A stretch of 60,819 nt of DNA, counting the filler, from Sphacelaria rigidula (taxonomy: Eukaryota): assembly GCA_964200075.2 (NCBI GenBank). It is 7 parts of 7 records of this genome, joined end to end, with 100 filler letters (N's around TTAATTAATTAA, not from the genome) between each part and the next. Parts side by side here need not be neighbours in the genome. Positions count along the whole stretch, not along the records: positions 8,705 to 17,308 come from CAXNAA020010624.1; positions 17,409 to 26,011 come from CAXNAA020010625.1; 5 more parts are not named here. One strand, given 5' to 3'. The position numbers and the translations under genes were made by a program. The notes below the pieces were generated by a model. That model was not told the DNA's origin, searched no databases, and saw nothing but the letters and a program-made list of their open reading frames with translations. Of this stretch, positions 12,114-23,627 are shown piece by piece (within the stretch, counting starts at the first letter, position 1; each line of letters opens with the position of its first letter).

Positions 12114-13539
12114 TACAGAAATTATAATTCTCCGGGTTCTTATCCCCAACGAAAAGCTCCATCCTGAATTTCGATGATCGGCTGTTTCCAGCAAAAACGA
12201 TGTCTACAGTGCTGGATCACCTTTTTATCACTGCCTAGAATGGGTTGGGTTTCCTCCTTCCATCAAGAAAAAAAAAAAAAAAAACTGCCTAGAATGTTCG
12301 TACCTGTCGTGTAGAACTATGATGTACCCACCGAAAAGGTTCAAACTTTACTGTACTGAACGTGCTTCTGTCCCTCACCTGTCCCGCGCCCCCCTGTACT
12401 TTGGGCGCTTCCCTGGCAAAACACTTGAAACTGGCGCTTCCCTGGTAGGCCAGTATGTTGACATCATGTGCATCGTGTAGACACGACACGAGCAGTACCA
12501 GAACCCCTCCGAAAAACCGGTTACACAAATAACGAATACCCACTTGCAGGTCACGTAGCAACTAAAACAGTGCAGTACTGTATTTTGCGACTATAACTGA
12601 TCGTCATCAGCTTGAGTTTCTGCAAACAAATACGCGCATGCGTTCGAGAAAAATGGAATACGTACTACCTGACGCCATGTTATCGCGCGTGTGTTGAGAC
12701 CCACAGATGTATATTACTTACGCATGTGCACATATCAAGTGAAACGCGAATGTTCAAATAACTGGGTTTCGAAAGATCACGTGCAGCGCCGTTGAGAAAA
12801 CAGGGCACCCTTGTTCTATTCCCGACAATTGAACATGAACGATCAGACCGTATCAGTGGTTCGAAAAAGTTGTCAAGTACCTGCGAGTTGACGACGGGTT
12901 TCCCAAACATGTACGGGTGTTCTGTGGATATAAAACAGCCTCCAACAACGTTGTTCGGTAGTTCAAAAGGTCAAAGCAACGTGCTCAAGCGCTCGCAGGA
13001 GTGATGCAAGCCCGGGTATATGACTTGGCGTGCCTCATCCTGCCACGTGTCCTTTTCACGGTCAAGCACAATTGGGCAGTGGAATTTGGGCTGGTGAGTT
13101 TCCAGCAGCACATGTATTCTACGTATGTGCTTTACCGGCCCTATAGCTGCTTTCGATACATACCACGGTAATGTAGAGGACGTCCTCGTACGCCTAGAAT
13201 CCCCGGGCAGTGGAGTTTGTATACGTCAGTGCATGTCAAGCATTGTCTTGGTGAATGCAGGTGTCTCGTGCTGTTCCGAGTGATGCGCAGTAAGTGCGAT
13301 TTGATTGTTTTCAGCAACGAACTTCACACGCTGCCAAATGATGCTCAGGAACCGCTTTTCGGTGTTTCGGCGATCGTGCTGTCGGCAGAGGTTGGTTCTC
13401 GGAGGAGGAACGATGCGAAGAGGAAGCTGGCGGCCGACGTGACGAGGAGAGATTTCGACCAAGGGGCTGCAGCAAGCGGTGATCGTACGGTGAAAAGGGC
13501 TACGGAGCGGAGTTCTGCTCCAAGCACGCCAGGGCGGGA

Positions 13540-15240
13540 ATGACGAACGTGAGGGACAAAAGTTGCGGCGACGAGGGCTGTCTCAAGTATCCATCGCATG
13601 GTGTAGCAGGAAGCAAAACAGCGGAGTTCTGCTCCGAGCACGCCAGGGCGGGAATGGTCAACGTGAGGAGCAAAAGTTGCGGCGAGGAGGGCTGTCTCGA
13701 GTATCCATTGGATGGTGTAGCGGCAAGCAAGAAAGCGAAGTTCTGCTCCGAGCACGCCAGGGCGGGAATATTGAATGCGTTTCAAAAGAGTTGCGGCGAG
13801 GAGGGCTGCATCAAATACCCTTCGTATGGTGTAGCGGGGAGCAAGAAAGCAGAGTTCTGCTACGAGCACGCCAGTGCGGGAATGGCCAACGTGAGGAGCA
13901 AAAGGTGCGGCGAGGAGGGCTGTGTCAAGTTTTCATCGCATGGTGTAGCGGGGAGCAAGAAAGCGGAGTTCTGCTCCGAGCACGCCAGGGCGGGAATAAT
14001 GAATGTGGGTAAAACGAGTTGCGGCAGGGAGAGCTGCATGAAACGTCCATCGTATGGTGTAGCGGGGAGCAAGAAAGCGGAGTTCTGCTCCGAGCACGCC
14101 AGGGCGGGGATGGTGAACGTGAGGAACAAGAGGTGCGGCGAGGAGGGCTGTGTCAAGTTTTCATCGCATGGTGTAGCGGGGAGCAAGAAAGCGGAGTTCT
14201 GCTCCGAGCACGCCGAGGCGGGATTGGTGAACGTGAGGAATAAGAGGTGCGGCGAGGAGGGCTGTGTCAAGCTTTCATCGTATGGTGTAGCGGGAAGCAA
14301 AAAAACGGAGTTCTGCTCCGAGCACGCCAGGGCGGGAATGGTGAACGTGAGGAGCAAGAGGTGCGGCGAGGAGGGCTGTGTCAAGTTTCCATCGTATGGT
14401 GTAGCGGGAAGCAAAAAAGTGCAGTTTTGCTTGGAGCACGCTAGGGCGGGGATGGTGAACGTGAGGAGCAAGAGGTGCGGCGAGGAAGGCTGTGTCAAGT
14501 TTCCATCGTATGGTGTGGCAGGAAGCAAGACGAGAGAGTTCTGCTTGGAGCACGCCAGGGCGGGAATGGTCAACGTGAAAGACAGAAGGTGCGGCGACGA
14601 GAGCTGTGTCAATCTTCCTTGGTATGGTGTAGCAGGAAGCAAGAAGGCGGGTTTCTGCTCCCAGCACGCCGTGGTGGGAAGTCTGGCGAAAAAACGGTGC
14701 GGCGACGAGGGCTGTCTCGAGTATCCTTCGAATGCTGTAGCGGGAGGTAAGAAGAGAACGTTCTACTCCGGGCGCGCCAGGGCGAGAATGGTGAACGTGA
14801 GATACAAAGGTTGCGGCGACGAGGGCTGTGTCAAGCATCCATCTCATGGTGTAGCGGGTTGTAAGACGGCGGAGTTCTGCTCCGAGTACGCCATGCCGGG
14901 AATGGTCCATGTGGTCAACAGGAGGAGCGGCGACGAGGACTGTCTCAAGCTTCCATCGTATGATGTGGCGGGAAGCAAGAAGAGGGAGGATTTTTCCGAC
15001 AATGCCAGGGCCGGCATGGTAGATGTGAAGACGAGGTGCTATCACGAGTCCTGCCTCAACCATCCGACATATGTTGTGGCGGGGAGCAAGGAGGCGGAGT
15101 TCTGCTCCGAGTATGCCAGGACGGTAATTGTGGGCATAAAACATGTCGAGTCCGGCAAGAAAGGATCCTCCGAGCCATTTGTTCCTAAGCGGCACAACCT
15201 TGATGAGGCACAGTGTTGCCAACAGCATACTACTGCACAC
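13540..15240 (+). repeat. Coding tandem repeat, 114-bp unit
   Basis: Units start at 13540+114n for repeats 1-11; gagttctgctccgagcacgccagggcggga recurs. Confidence 0.92.
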
Positions 15241-15807
15241 AACATAGATACAGAGCACGACGCCGCACAACTCAGCACTATAGTGGCCACCTCCAGCCGT
15301 AGCACGATGGAGGTTGGTGGAGGATTCGTTGCTGACGTACGTGGAATAAAACGCAAACGCGACGAGTGCCCGGGCTCTGGTTCATGTGCTGTTGTTGGCA
15401 CTCATCGTTGTGTGTACCCCAGTCCCAGGCGAGGTGTTACAATGCTACCGTTGCTCTCAGCACAGAAACCCTCGGGGGCTGATGGTACGGTGTCTTCAGA
15501 GGCAAAGGCAGGATCAGGAATAAAGGTGGAGCCGGCAGTCCCTTTTTCAGCACACCGCAGCACCTGGGTAAGAGAGTGTGGGGAGTATGCTACCTATTCA
15601 CGTGGTTCGAGCAGCGTAGGTGTGGGTAATAACTCCAGTAGCAGGAATAGGGGTGTGGGTACGGGATGGCTACGTGGTTCGTCGGCGATGGTGTCTGGGT
15701 GTCTCAGCGCGTCTGATACTGTGCAAGCCGAAGAGACCGAGATGAATTCGAACGTGAAGTTGGAGCCAGGAGTGTCTAGTCTTCCCCCTTGGACGTCGGA
15801 TAGGTGA
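13540..15807 (+). CDS. EsV-1-7 cysteine-rich repeat protein, 755 aa, single exon
   Basis: Uninterrupted ORF with 14 recognisable repeats plus 1 degenerate one, consensus MVNVRSKRCGEEGCVKFPSYGVAGSKKAEFCSEHARAG (C-x4-C-x16-C-x2-H). This is the EsV-1-7 repeat of phaeoviruses and brown algae. A Ser/Gly-rich tail follows. Confidence 0.9.
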   Translation: MTNVRDKSCGDEGCLKYPSHGVAGSKTAEFCSEHARAGMVNVRSKSCGEEGCLEYPLDGVAASKKAKFCSEHARAGILNAFQKSCGEEGCIKYPSYGVAGSKKAEFCYEHASAGMANVRSKRCGEEGCVKFSSHGVAGSKKAEFCSEHARAGIMNVGKTSCGRESCMKRPSYGVAGSKKAEFCSEHARAGMVNVRNKRCGEEGCVKFSSHGVAGSKKAEFCSEHAEAGLVNVRNKRCGEEGCVKLSSYGVAGSKKTEFCSEHARAGMVNVRSKRCGEEGCVKFPSYGVAGSKKVQFCLEHARAGMVNVRSKRCGEEGCVKFPSYGVAGSKTREFCLEHARAGMVNVKDRRCGDESCVNLPWYGVAGSKKAGFCSQHAVVGSLAKKRCGDEGCLEYPSNAVAGGKKRTFYSGRARARMVNVRYKGCGDEGCVKHPSHGVAGCKTAEFCSEYAMPGMVHVVNRRSGDEDCLKLPSYDVAGSKKREDFSDNARAGMVDVKTRCYHESCLNHPTYVVAGSKEAEFCSEYARTVIVGIKHVESGKKGSSEPFVPKRHNLDEAQCCQQHTTAHNIDTEHDAAQLSTIVATSSRSTMEVGGGFVADVRGIKRKRDECPGSGSCAVVGTHRCVYPSPRRGVTMLPLLSAQKPSGADGTVSSEAKAGSGIKVEPAVPFSAHRSTWVRECGEYATYSRGSSSVGVGNNSSSRNRGVGTGWLRGSSAMVSGCLSASDTVQAEETEMNSNVKLEPGVSSLPPWTSDR

Positions 15808-17308
15808 TCGATAATGCTACCCATGATGAGTTTGGCGTTTGCATTCTTTGCGGTATACGGGCGTGTGCTAGCGTGAACCATTGACACTTGAAAACGAGAA
15901 GCGACTGGTTTTGGTCGTTTTATTTTGTTGGTTAAAGGGTGTTTGTGAGGCTGTGAGGACTTCACACTTCGACATTAAGTTTCCCTAGGTTCTACTCGGA
16001 ACGTGGATGTTATAGGTACGATGCCCACATGTTGCATGAGGAGGACGAAAACAGGTGTACCGTAGCAGTCGGTCCTCCGATGAATCGTGACATCGCTGTT
16101 GGACTTTCCATCCCTACGTCAACCGTGTCTAAATTTTCTTGATGCTGTAGTTAGTATTTCCAGTCTCATGTACTAAGTACCAGGATGAAGACACGAAGAT
16201 TGAGGGTGGTCCGGTAACCCGTCGTATTTGTTTCTCTGATGCCCGCAGTAGTACCTCAACATAGTAGTACAAAAACAAAATGAATTCGTGGAGACCACAT
16301 ATGTATGAGCGTAATGAACATCAGAATACACATGTAAGCCGGAGAAACAGTATCAGGAACGGGGTCCGCCAGTGACATGCATGAACGAACTCGAAACGTT
16401 CAAGCCTGTGAAACTGGATATTTGGCAACATAGGCAACGGGGTCTCTGGTACAAGAGCGCGAAATAGTAGGGCCACAGTATGAACCCTGACTGAGCGTTG
16501 TCGGTACTGCCGTACCGACTCGTTCAGCAGTTCTCCTTGCCCACCACCGGTCACGGCCACACCCTTGCCTAAATGACAAGAAAGAGAATTACGCCTTGCT
16601 CTGGAGATCCTTCTGCAGCATAGTACGAGAACGATCTTGTTTGGGACTAGTAATTGTAGTGCCTCACCCCTAGCGAAGCTATTTCACAGTGGCGTCAACT
16701 AAGAGGTTTGAACCTACGCGTGCAGAGCACGTTGACTCATGCGTGCGGAGCACACTGACTAAACGGTTTGCGACATCGTCCGAAACAAGGAACCAAAAAA
16801 CGCTACAGCAGGTGAAACCTATCGGTCATGTGCATAGTAACTTGAGTTGAGGGGGTTGTGGGAGTCAGCGAAACGCGAAATAAGCCTCTAGTGTGCATGA
16901 TAGATCACCAGCAGGGCTAGTAGAACAACTAAGCCGCACGTATCAACCCACCTTTCACCGTCATAGTGCAAGAGGCATGGCATTCAATAAAGCAGACTGA
17001 CCTCTTGAAACGCTGTGACTCGGACTGACACTAGCAAAAGGTTACCCAACCTACAAACGCACTACCTTGTCATAGCCCACCATTTAGGAAGCGAAAGAAC
17101 AGGGTGTATTGGCCGGTCGTGCCGAAAATAAGCTCACAAGCTGAGAGGAGTTGCAAATGACATATAGTTCATTTTTTCACGTCTCAGAGCGCATGCAACG
17201 GAGAAAAGTACCAACCCCCCGGTGGAAGATATCAGAGCGAAAACAGGGTTGCCAGAAAAATGAGAACGTATTTTGAAATGAGAATTAACCGCTTCCCGGG
17301 ATTGTGTC

Positions 17309-17408
17309 NNNNNNNNNNNNNNNNNNNNNNNNNNNNNNNNNNNNNNNNNNNNTTAATTAATTAANNNNNNNNNNNNNNNNNNNNNNNNNNNNNNNNNNNN
17401 NNNNNNNN
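17309..17408. other. Artificial contig linker
   Basis: Same 100-bp N44-TTAATTAATTAA-N44 spacer. Confidence 0.97.
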
Positions 17409-17693
17409 GTTCTGAACCCCAGATGTGGCATAGTCCATCTCAGTTCGCCTGCGGGGTCGCTGAGGGTTGACCCTTGGACAGCGAGAGCAGGTCATCTGTT
17501 GAATCGGCATCAATTTCACCTCAAAAAAGTATGTACAGTCCAGATGGACTACGTTCGCGGTCTAAGATTAACTCTCACACCGTGATGGTAGCCCAGCTGG
17601 ATTATGCATTCTTTTCTCGAGTTAAAATGATGCCGATTCAAAGATCGCGGTCTTCCGGTAGATCCCTCTAGCGCCGCAGGTGTTCATGCGCGG

Positions 17694-18325
17694 AATCGGC
17701 ATCATTTTCACTCGAAAAGGGCTGAAAATGATGCCGACTCCACAAATAAATGAACACCTCCACTGGGTCGAAGGTTTCTATCTACGCCGTAGAACAAAGC
17801 ACTTTCTGGCTACGGAGCGATAGAACAAACACCCTTGCTGCCCGAGTGTTCGAGGTCTGCCTTTGTCGGGGTACGACTGGGGTTAGTGTTGAGGTGCATT
17901 TGGGTCAGACTGTAAATATTGAGAAGAAAGCCTTGTACCGCCGGAGGTGTCCATTTGTTGACGGCATCAATCACTTAATTAGTAAAATCGGCATCATTTT
18001 TACTCGAAAAGAGCCTGAAAATGATGCCGATTCTACCTCTGAATGAACACTTGAACACTTCAACTGGATCGAAGGGTTTCTATCTACGCCGTCGGACGAA
18101 GCACTCTCTGCCTACGGAGTGATGGAGCACCATCGCTGCCCGAGTGCTCGAGGTCTGCCTTTCTCGGGATACGACTGGGTTTGTGTTGAAGTGCAGTTGG
18201 GTCAGTCAATAGAAGACGCGGATATTGTGAAGAAAGGGGCTGATACCAAAGTAAAGCCTTGGACCGCCGCAGGTGTCCATTTGCTGACGGCATCAAAAAA
18301 CAAATTTGTGAAATCGACATCGTTT
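17694..18325. repeat. Tandem ~290-330-bp duplication with GAATCGGCATCA/TGATGCCGATTC hairpin motifs
   Basis: tctatctacgccgt ... gctgcccgagtg ... gtgtccatttg occurs twice; related motifs at ~54660-54870 and ~56570-56950. Confidence 0.7.
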
Positions 18326-20847
18326 TCAAGATATCAAGGCCTGCGTTTGAGCGCTCGGCCGTTGCGATCTCAGTCAAGGCATATGTACTAGCGGTGATAT
18401 TCAAGTACGTAATGATAGTGCGACGGACACCGCAACGCTCAGCGAGAAGAAGGTCGCAGCCATAGCGAAATGTATCCATATACACTACCCTAGGGTGTAC
18501 GGGGCACCTTCGCGCCAGGCGCGGCACGCGGTGAGCTCCAACAAAACAAACTGCTGCAGAGCGGAGGCAAGTTGGGTAGTGGTGGAGAAGTAGAGAGGTA
18601 GGTGTCGCCAACAGCGAGAGAGGTGCGGACGGCCGGGAAGGTGACTCGAGATGGGCTGAATGCAAAACGAAAAATTTACTTTCAAGTCCGTAGAGAGGGA
18701 GCGGAAGAAAAACCTGTAGTGATCACAGAGAAATGGAATAATTAAGTATTGCGAACCGGTAGTCAAAGGGCCGGGAGCGTCACTGGGCGCGAAAGGAGGT
18801 CAAACGGCTGGAAACGTCACTGGTTCCAGGGTGAATTCCGCGCAAACGGCTGGCGAAGTCACTCGTGAGGTAGTGCCGAAGTGGCAAGAGAAAAGAGTAT
18901 GATAATCCGAGAGAGGTAGAGCTGTCACTGGTCGAAGTGACCGATACATTGTGAAATTCCCACAGAGGGGTAGAGTAGTCAGTGGTGGCGAAGTCGCTAA
19001 AAATTGTAAAATTCTGAATGAATAAACCGACGAAAGCGCAAATTTCCAAGAAAAAGCAGGAGACGCTGTTGATCACAGAGCAACGAAATAATCAAATACT
19101 GGCCGCTGGTGCGTCGGACTTCGGAGGAATGGTGCGCTGTCAGGCCTCGTGATTGTTGCACCTGCGTCCAGAGACGCGGAATGCGGAGTCATGTGGGGTA
19201 GGCGCCTCGAGCATTCGGAATGCTTAGCTCAAGGCAATGTGGGAGATGAACCCACGAAGACTCCTCGTCAACTTGGCGCAATGCACGCGCCGCCCTTCTC
19301 TCATGTGCTGTGGTCCTAGGCTGCGTACAACGGCGCTACTGCTGGAGGGCAGGCGCAGAGTACATCAAGTGCAGTACAGTGGTCATGTGCTCCTGCGGCC
19401 CTACCATGTTAGATGCATGCATGTGCGGTACCAAAAGGGAAATACGCGTGTGTTTCACGTACTGTCGGTAGCAACGTCTGCTGCAAAAAAATACATCAAC
19501 CGACGTCAAGCTTGTCTATATTACTTTGTATACCATCTTCACGAGGCAGTGACGGGTACAGGAGGGCGAGCAAGAAGACGTCGTGGGTAAGCTTCGTGAT
19601 GTACAAGGTCAGGGATGGCGAGAGCATCGTGCAGCACCCGTTGCTGCAGCTCGGTCATCGGGTGATTGCCAAACGTATAGATGAGTGGTGGAGACAAGTA
19701 TGGTACCCCTTTCGTCGACCACTTGTAGGGCCTGAAACCACATTTCTTGCGTGTTCATCCACAAATTATGGTTGTGTCTCGGTTCAGGTCGATACAAGAG
19801 TGGTTTTGGCTGTCCTCGACACGTGTTGTCTGGCAACTCTTACAAAACCCGCTCAGCGCGTGTCAAAGCGTGGTCTTCGAAGCCTTGGGCATCGATGTCA
19901 TCCTCCACGTTTACGCATTTGAATTACACTTCGATTACCTCGCCTACACAGCGCAAGCCGTCTCGTGAGAAAGAGTAGAATAAGATTCAGATTCAACGAA
20001 ACTGAGTGAAATCAGTATTACGAGAACTGACTGGAATTTACGTTGGTGAAAATAGCAAGTAGTGACACGAGACACTGTGCTCATGGCGATCTCCGCACTA
20101 AGATCTTGAGCCTCACCACAAATAGGAGTTTCTCATCAGCGGGATGGTGCAATATGGACCCCTCCCACTACGGAGTACGTGAGAGTGACAGGGGTATCCA
20201 CTGTATCAGAATACTTGGTCTGGTTCTGGGAGTACCAAGTGGAGGATTATTTTACCCGGAGTACCCACCCCCAAAATACTTGGCCGGGTACCGGGCACCT
20301 CAGAGGGGTCTTTCGAAACCCCGTGTATCGAGAGTAACATCGGGATGACGGCGAAAGCAGCGGGTAGTGAAAATAAAACTGACGAGTATACAACTAAGGA
20401 ACCTCGAGTAGGGACACTCAAAAGCACTAGTACTCGGACTTTTCCCTGTCCTAAGTACGCTCGCGACGCTGCAATCAAGAGCGCAAAAGGAGATCGCGTT
20501 CGATTAAAATCAACATGTCAAATGCTCAAGTATGAAACGATGATCTGGACAACACGGACAAGGGTGAGGATCAACACCAACTCGTACTAGGTAAGCCGAA
20601 TTCCCAGTAAAACCAGATAAACCAGGGGGGCTTGTACATACAATCCTCACTATTTGATTATCGTGCATCAATAACGTACTCATGTATTTATTTGAAATTG
20701 CCATGAGTGACCCGGACGTCAGGGACGCATGAGCGATATACACTAGCTGAAACGCATTCTTACATGTCAATATAGCGAGCAGAACGCGCCTCATGCTCAA
20801 ACAAGGCAGCCACCCTGAACCTCCCGTACTAAGTTATGGTAAATGAA

Positions 20848-21120
20848 ACCTTACGACGTCGTACGTAGCGTTCATTTGCCCTAGACACGGTCGAAGTGTA
20901 ACATTTTATTTTACGTTATACGTCACAACATAACGTATATAATTCGTTACACGTCACAATATCGTTCCGAAATACGTCACACTTCACAAACGTCACATAT
21001 ATAATTCGTTACACGTCATAATAATCGTTTCAAAATACGTTACTGTGACGTGACGTAACGTAATTTTTTCATACGTCACATTCGTGACTTAACGTGTAAC
21101 GTGCAACGTAAGGGGCCCTG
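20848..21120. repeat. ACGTCAC/CGTTAC motif-rich low-complexity element, probable TE subterminal region
   Basis: Repeated ttcgttacacgtca and taacgt motifs ending in ggggccctg. Confidence 0.5.
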
Positions 21121-21946
21121 AATTTTTCAATAATCTCGACACCTGTTGGCACCCAGGGCACTTTCTCTTTTTCATAATTAACCCCTTCTACAGCACAGGG
21201 AGCCGGGAACACACACGGGCACCGTTCTTGACCCGTGTGATGGCTCGGTGGAGTGCTCGCTTGCTAGCGCAGGCCTTTCGATGTCCGTTTCAATTCGAGC
21301 AGGTCTTACAATACCTCCTTAGCTCCGCAAAATACGCCGGGGTGAAGGGAGCTATGGTCCTGGGACGATCGTTGTGAGCCCCCCTGGATAAACACTACTA
21401 TTATAGCAGGTACCTGACAATTCTGCTCCTGTAATCTCAGCCGGTGACCAAATGGGTTTACTTGGATTTTTTCAACATGGTGCCATCGCAAGCGCCGTTC
21501 CTCGCGACTCCGTCAGTCAACATCGACCTGTCTGAGCAGTAGTTACCGCCGCGCCACTGTTTACCAACTGGTACATCGTAATCTCGCGGAGTAGGGAAAA
21601 GTTTCCCAGCAGCTACGACAGAATTACAATATAAGCGAGACCAGCCTAGAAACGGATTTAACCCGTTCACTCGCCAGGGTGGGTCATCTGCTGAATCTGT
21701 GTCCATATATTCACGTGAAAAGTGAGTCGGAAACGCAGGTCAACCACCCTGGCAGCCAAAGGATCGACCCGTCACAGCCAAATCTCATCGACGGAGACGA
21801 ATGGGCCGTGATCCGCACATCTTGTTGGGCGTTTACTCCATGCGCAGATGCACATCTACTCAACAGCTCGGTCAGACACTTTCTCGTTGATTGGATACCA
21901 TGCCGAATGAACCTCGTGACGTACCGAGATATGTCGATACTATAGC

Positions 21947-22064
21947 ATTTTCTTAGACGAGTGTTTCAGTTTTGTCTCGTCTCGGGTACGTCTGTCATGT
22001 GACCACGGCTGGATCCCTGGGGGGTCAGTTGAAGTGCGACAATGAAATAAATTAAATTAAAATC
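21947..22064 (+). repeat. Retroposon-like 3' end with AT-rich tail
   Basis: Core gaccacggctggatccctggggggtcagttgaagtgcga nearly identical to 44161-44199; ends in aaattaaattaaaatc. Confidence 0.6.
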
Positions 22065-22428
22065 GAAAGCCTATACGAAAGCCCTTTACCATATACCGTA
22101 GGGAGGCGGGCCTTGACACATATCGGGTTCTCCGTACAGTACACATCAGAGTCATGCATCGGGGTACGTTAAGAAAGCTAGAACCAGATTTCTCATTCGA
22201 TTCCAGCACATGTAACGAGGCAATCGCATATATCGGAGTCATCACAGAGGGGTGCGAAAAAGTAAAAAACGAGATGATCCAAGAAACGACCGCACAGGGT
22301 TGCTAAGACTCGCATTTTCCCGGCCATGAGCGAACGATCTTGATTTTTGTTGTAAGCAGTTTTTGGGGCACGGGGAACGGATCGATATGCTGAACTTGAC
22401 CTAATTCATCATCCATCGAGGAATATTA

Positions 22429-22768
22429 GTGTGTGTTGTGTTGTCATACCATCTGTTCTGGACGTCAGTCTACCCTTTGGGCAGATGTCTGGGCGCATCA
22501 GCCGGGTTCACACAGAAGAATGGCCAATACAGGAGTTCATCTTTTTTAGTTTGTTTCAGTACTCAACCTTCCTTCTGCCGTGCTCGTCTATTGTTTTTTA
22601 TCGCGAGAGCTCTTCGGCAGTTGCTTTCCCTCGTCGATTGTCAAGTTGACTTTTGGTGTACCGACGACATAGTCGCTGTCCATTGTTGGGCATTGGCTGT
22701 CCATTGTTGGGCATTGTGTGGGAAAAAATCCCAGATCGCTCCGAGATTCGAACCACCGGGGCGAAGGC
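22429..22768 (-). mobile_element. tRNA-derived SINE family A, internally deleted head
   Basis: Body homologous to 32624-32985 and 50513-50866. Confidence 0.75.
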
Positions 22769-23627
22769 TCGCTAATATGGTTTTTAAACATGTCATGCTA
22801 AATTCAAGACATTGCACTAAACACACTGAAGCTCGATTAGCGGCTCGGTTTTGAGAGCTGTGCTTCGAAAATAGGTGTGCAGAATTGCAAGATCATAACA
22901 TAATGGAGTGGTTTCACAAGGTAAGTTATATGTCATGAGTCATGAGTTGAAGACGTTTCGCTAAAAATACATCTTGTTCTTGTCCTGACCTCTCGAAAAA
23001 AACCCTTACCTTATGCTGACCTTTTTCGTATGTCCTTGCGATTCTCTGTACCAAATTTCAAATTTCAAAGGACAACTGTCAAAACCGGGTTCCTCAATCG
23101 CCTGCAACGCTCAAATTCGCTTTTAGCTTGGCCCAGCTCGTGAAAAACTTCGAAGTATGAGGTCTGTTCGCGGGAGTATAACCCCTACAATATACTGCAG
23201 TATAGTACAGTGCAACAGTTGTCGCTGAAAACGTCAGGACTTGAGCAGCACGAGGCAGCACAGTAAATTTGACGAAAGTCGGCGCGGTGCGGGCGTGCTG
23301 GTCCAATCCGCGATACCAATTTGTCAGGCATGTTACTGAGGACAAATGCATTGATTCCTTTATACTATGTACTTTATACGGATTCATCCCATGAAAGGGG
23401 AGGGGATGGAAGTCAGTGGCGTGACAACAACAAGTCGAGGTGGCACAGGGCACCGTCTCATTTTCAGATGTGACTAGATAATAGTATTAATAATCGAGTC
23501 AGAAAGGGCGCCAATAAGTGGCAGTTGATATCACTTTAGTAAAATTCAAAATTCAAATAATCAAAATCAAGACATCTTGGCGGATGTCTCGAAGGTGTGG
23601 AGTCCAACATGCGAATTCGTCTCTCAC

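Noticed and set aside
13480-13482. In-frame TGA in a Cys-rich protein as selenocysteine
   Set aside because: It aligns with the Pro/Ser column of the repeat, not a Cys, and an upstream frameshift accompanies it.
13345-15270. Long antisense and alternate-frame ORFs over the EsV-1-7 array
   Set aside because: Expected shadows of a GC-rich 114-bp coding repeat.
16516-16568. Minus-strand mini-exon GKGVAVTGGGQG resembling an SDR Rossmann motif
   Set aside because: It lacks the following IG and no other SDR exons were found; too short to support.
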